Shown here piece after piece: positions 63,076-64,000 of a stretch of DNA of 64,000 nucleotides (the stretch's first letter is position 1; the number at the start of each line of letters is the position of its first letter). The DNA comes from Octopus sinensis. Taxonomy: Eukaryota. Both the position numbers and the translations under genes were made by a program. The notes under the pieces are model-generated. The model made no database searches. It had not been told where the DNA came from and saw only the letters and a list, made by a program, of their open reading frames with translations. The stretch lies in contig NC_043001.1 in NCBI RefSeq assembly GCF_006345805.1, forward strand, positions 20,150,001 through 20,214,000, in the 5' to 3' direction.

Positions 63076-64000
63076 GTTCTTGTGCAGCCCCGGGTCAGTT
63101 CTAAGTGAGCAGACCATTGATACAGTTTGCGATCCACAGATTCGTTTGTTTCCACTTTTGTTTTCACTGTTCGTTGCTATTATTGTTCAACACCAGATCA
63201 ACTCTTGGAGCCTTTAAAAATTCTTCGAATTCTTTGAAATATTTAAAATTTTCACCAGATATTTGTCAAAATTTCTACATTGATATAGTTTTGCATGCTG
63301 ATGACAAAAGTCAAAACTTATTTCTTTTTATTATTTATTCAGATAAATCAAAACAAAAATGAATGTTTTTTCTTTTTGCCATCAGCAGGCAAAATCCACG
63401 CCAGTGTAGAATCTAAGAAAAAATTCTGATGGAAATTTGAAATATTTTAAGTAGTTGGAAAAATTGGCAAGCTTACATTAGTGTCCGCCCCCACAACATT
63501 GTTTCTTCATAACTTTCAGAAAAATGGATATTTTATTTTAATAAAAATTTCTAGAAAGATTACAAATATATTGGAATTTAATGCGGGGGACAAATTGGTG
63601 GTCGCGTATACATACATTCCGACTAGCATCACATATATACCTACAAAACGAAACTTGAAACTGTGTGTATGTGTGCGCGCTCTCCACTTTTTTTGTTTTG
63701 TTTTCGAATCATTCCACCAGAAAGGTATTTACTCTTTTACTTGTTTCAGTCATTTGACTGCGGCCATGCTGGAGCACCGCCTTTAGTCGAGCAAATCGAC
63801 CCCAGGACTTATTCTTTGTAAGCCTAGTACTTATTCTATCGGTCTCTTTTGCCGAATCGCTGGCTGACGGGGACGTAAACACACCAGCATCGGTTGTCAA
63901 ACGATGTTGGGGGACAAACACAGACACATACACACACATACATATATACGACGGGCTTCTTTCAGTTTCCGTCTACCAGATCCACTCACAAGGCTTTGGT

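Overview
AT-rich animal genomic DNA. The SINE/LINE/MITE landscape resembles what I recall for Octopus; that taxon assignment is an inference. One large minus-strand gene occupies most of the window. I hand-spliced 14 GT-AG coding exons (35700 to 1831), all phase-compatible; from the ATG at 35688 the CDS is 3897 nt, or 1298 aa. The protein has a ~900-aa low-complexity N-terminus (Q16 tract, one CxxC-x10-CxxC zinc ribbon), a clear F-box and about ten Cys-containing LRRs. A candidate non-coding first exon and an Ets-motif promoter lie ~25 kb upstream (60.7-60.95 kb). An unexplained coding-like exon (709-914) lies beyond the stop codon. Introns are full of tRNA-derived SINEs, RTE/CR1/I-type LINE remnants, hAT/piggyBac/Tc1-pogo/MULE MITEs, a decayed mariner and a non-autonomous Helitron. 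The most striking signal is a set of short non-coding elements with minimal hammerhead-ribozyme-like folds (palindromic stem III) inserted as inverted partial duplications with target-site duplications, which are Penelope-like hallmarks. One family has a tRNA-type Pol III head; another has a G3-C8 swapped catalytic core. All calls were made by eye, with no database searches or folding runs.
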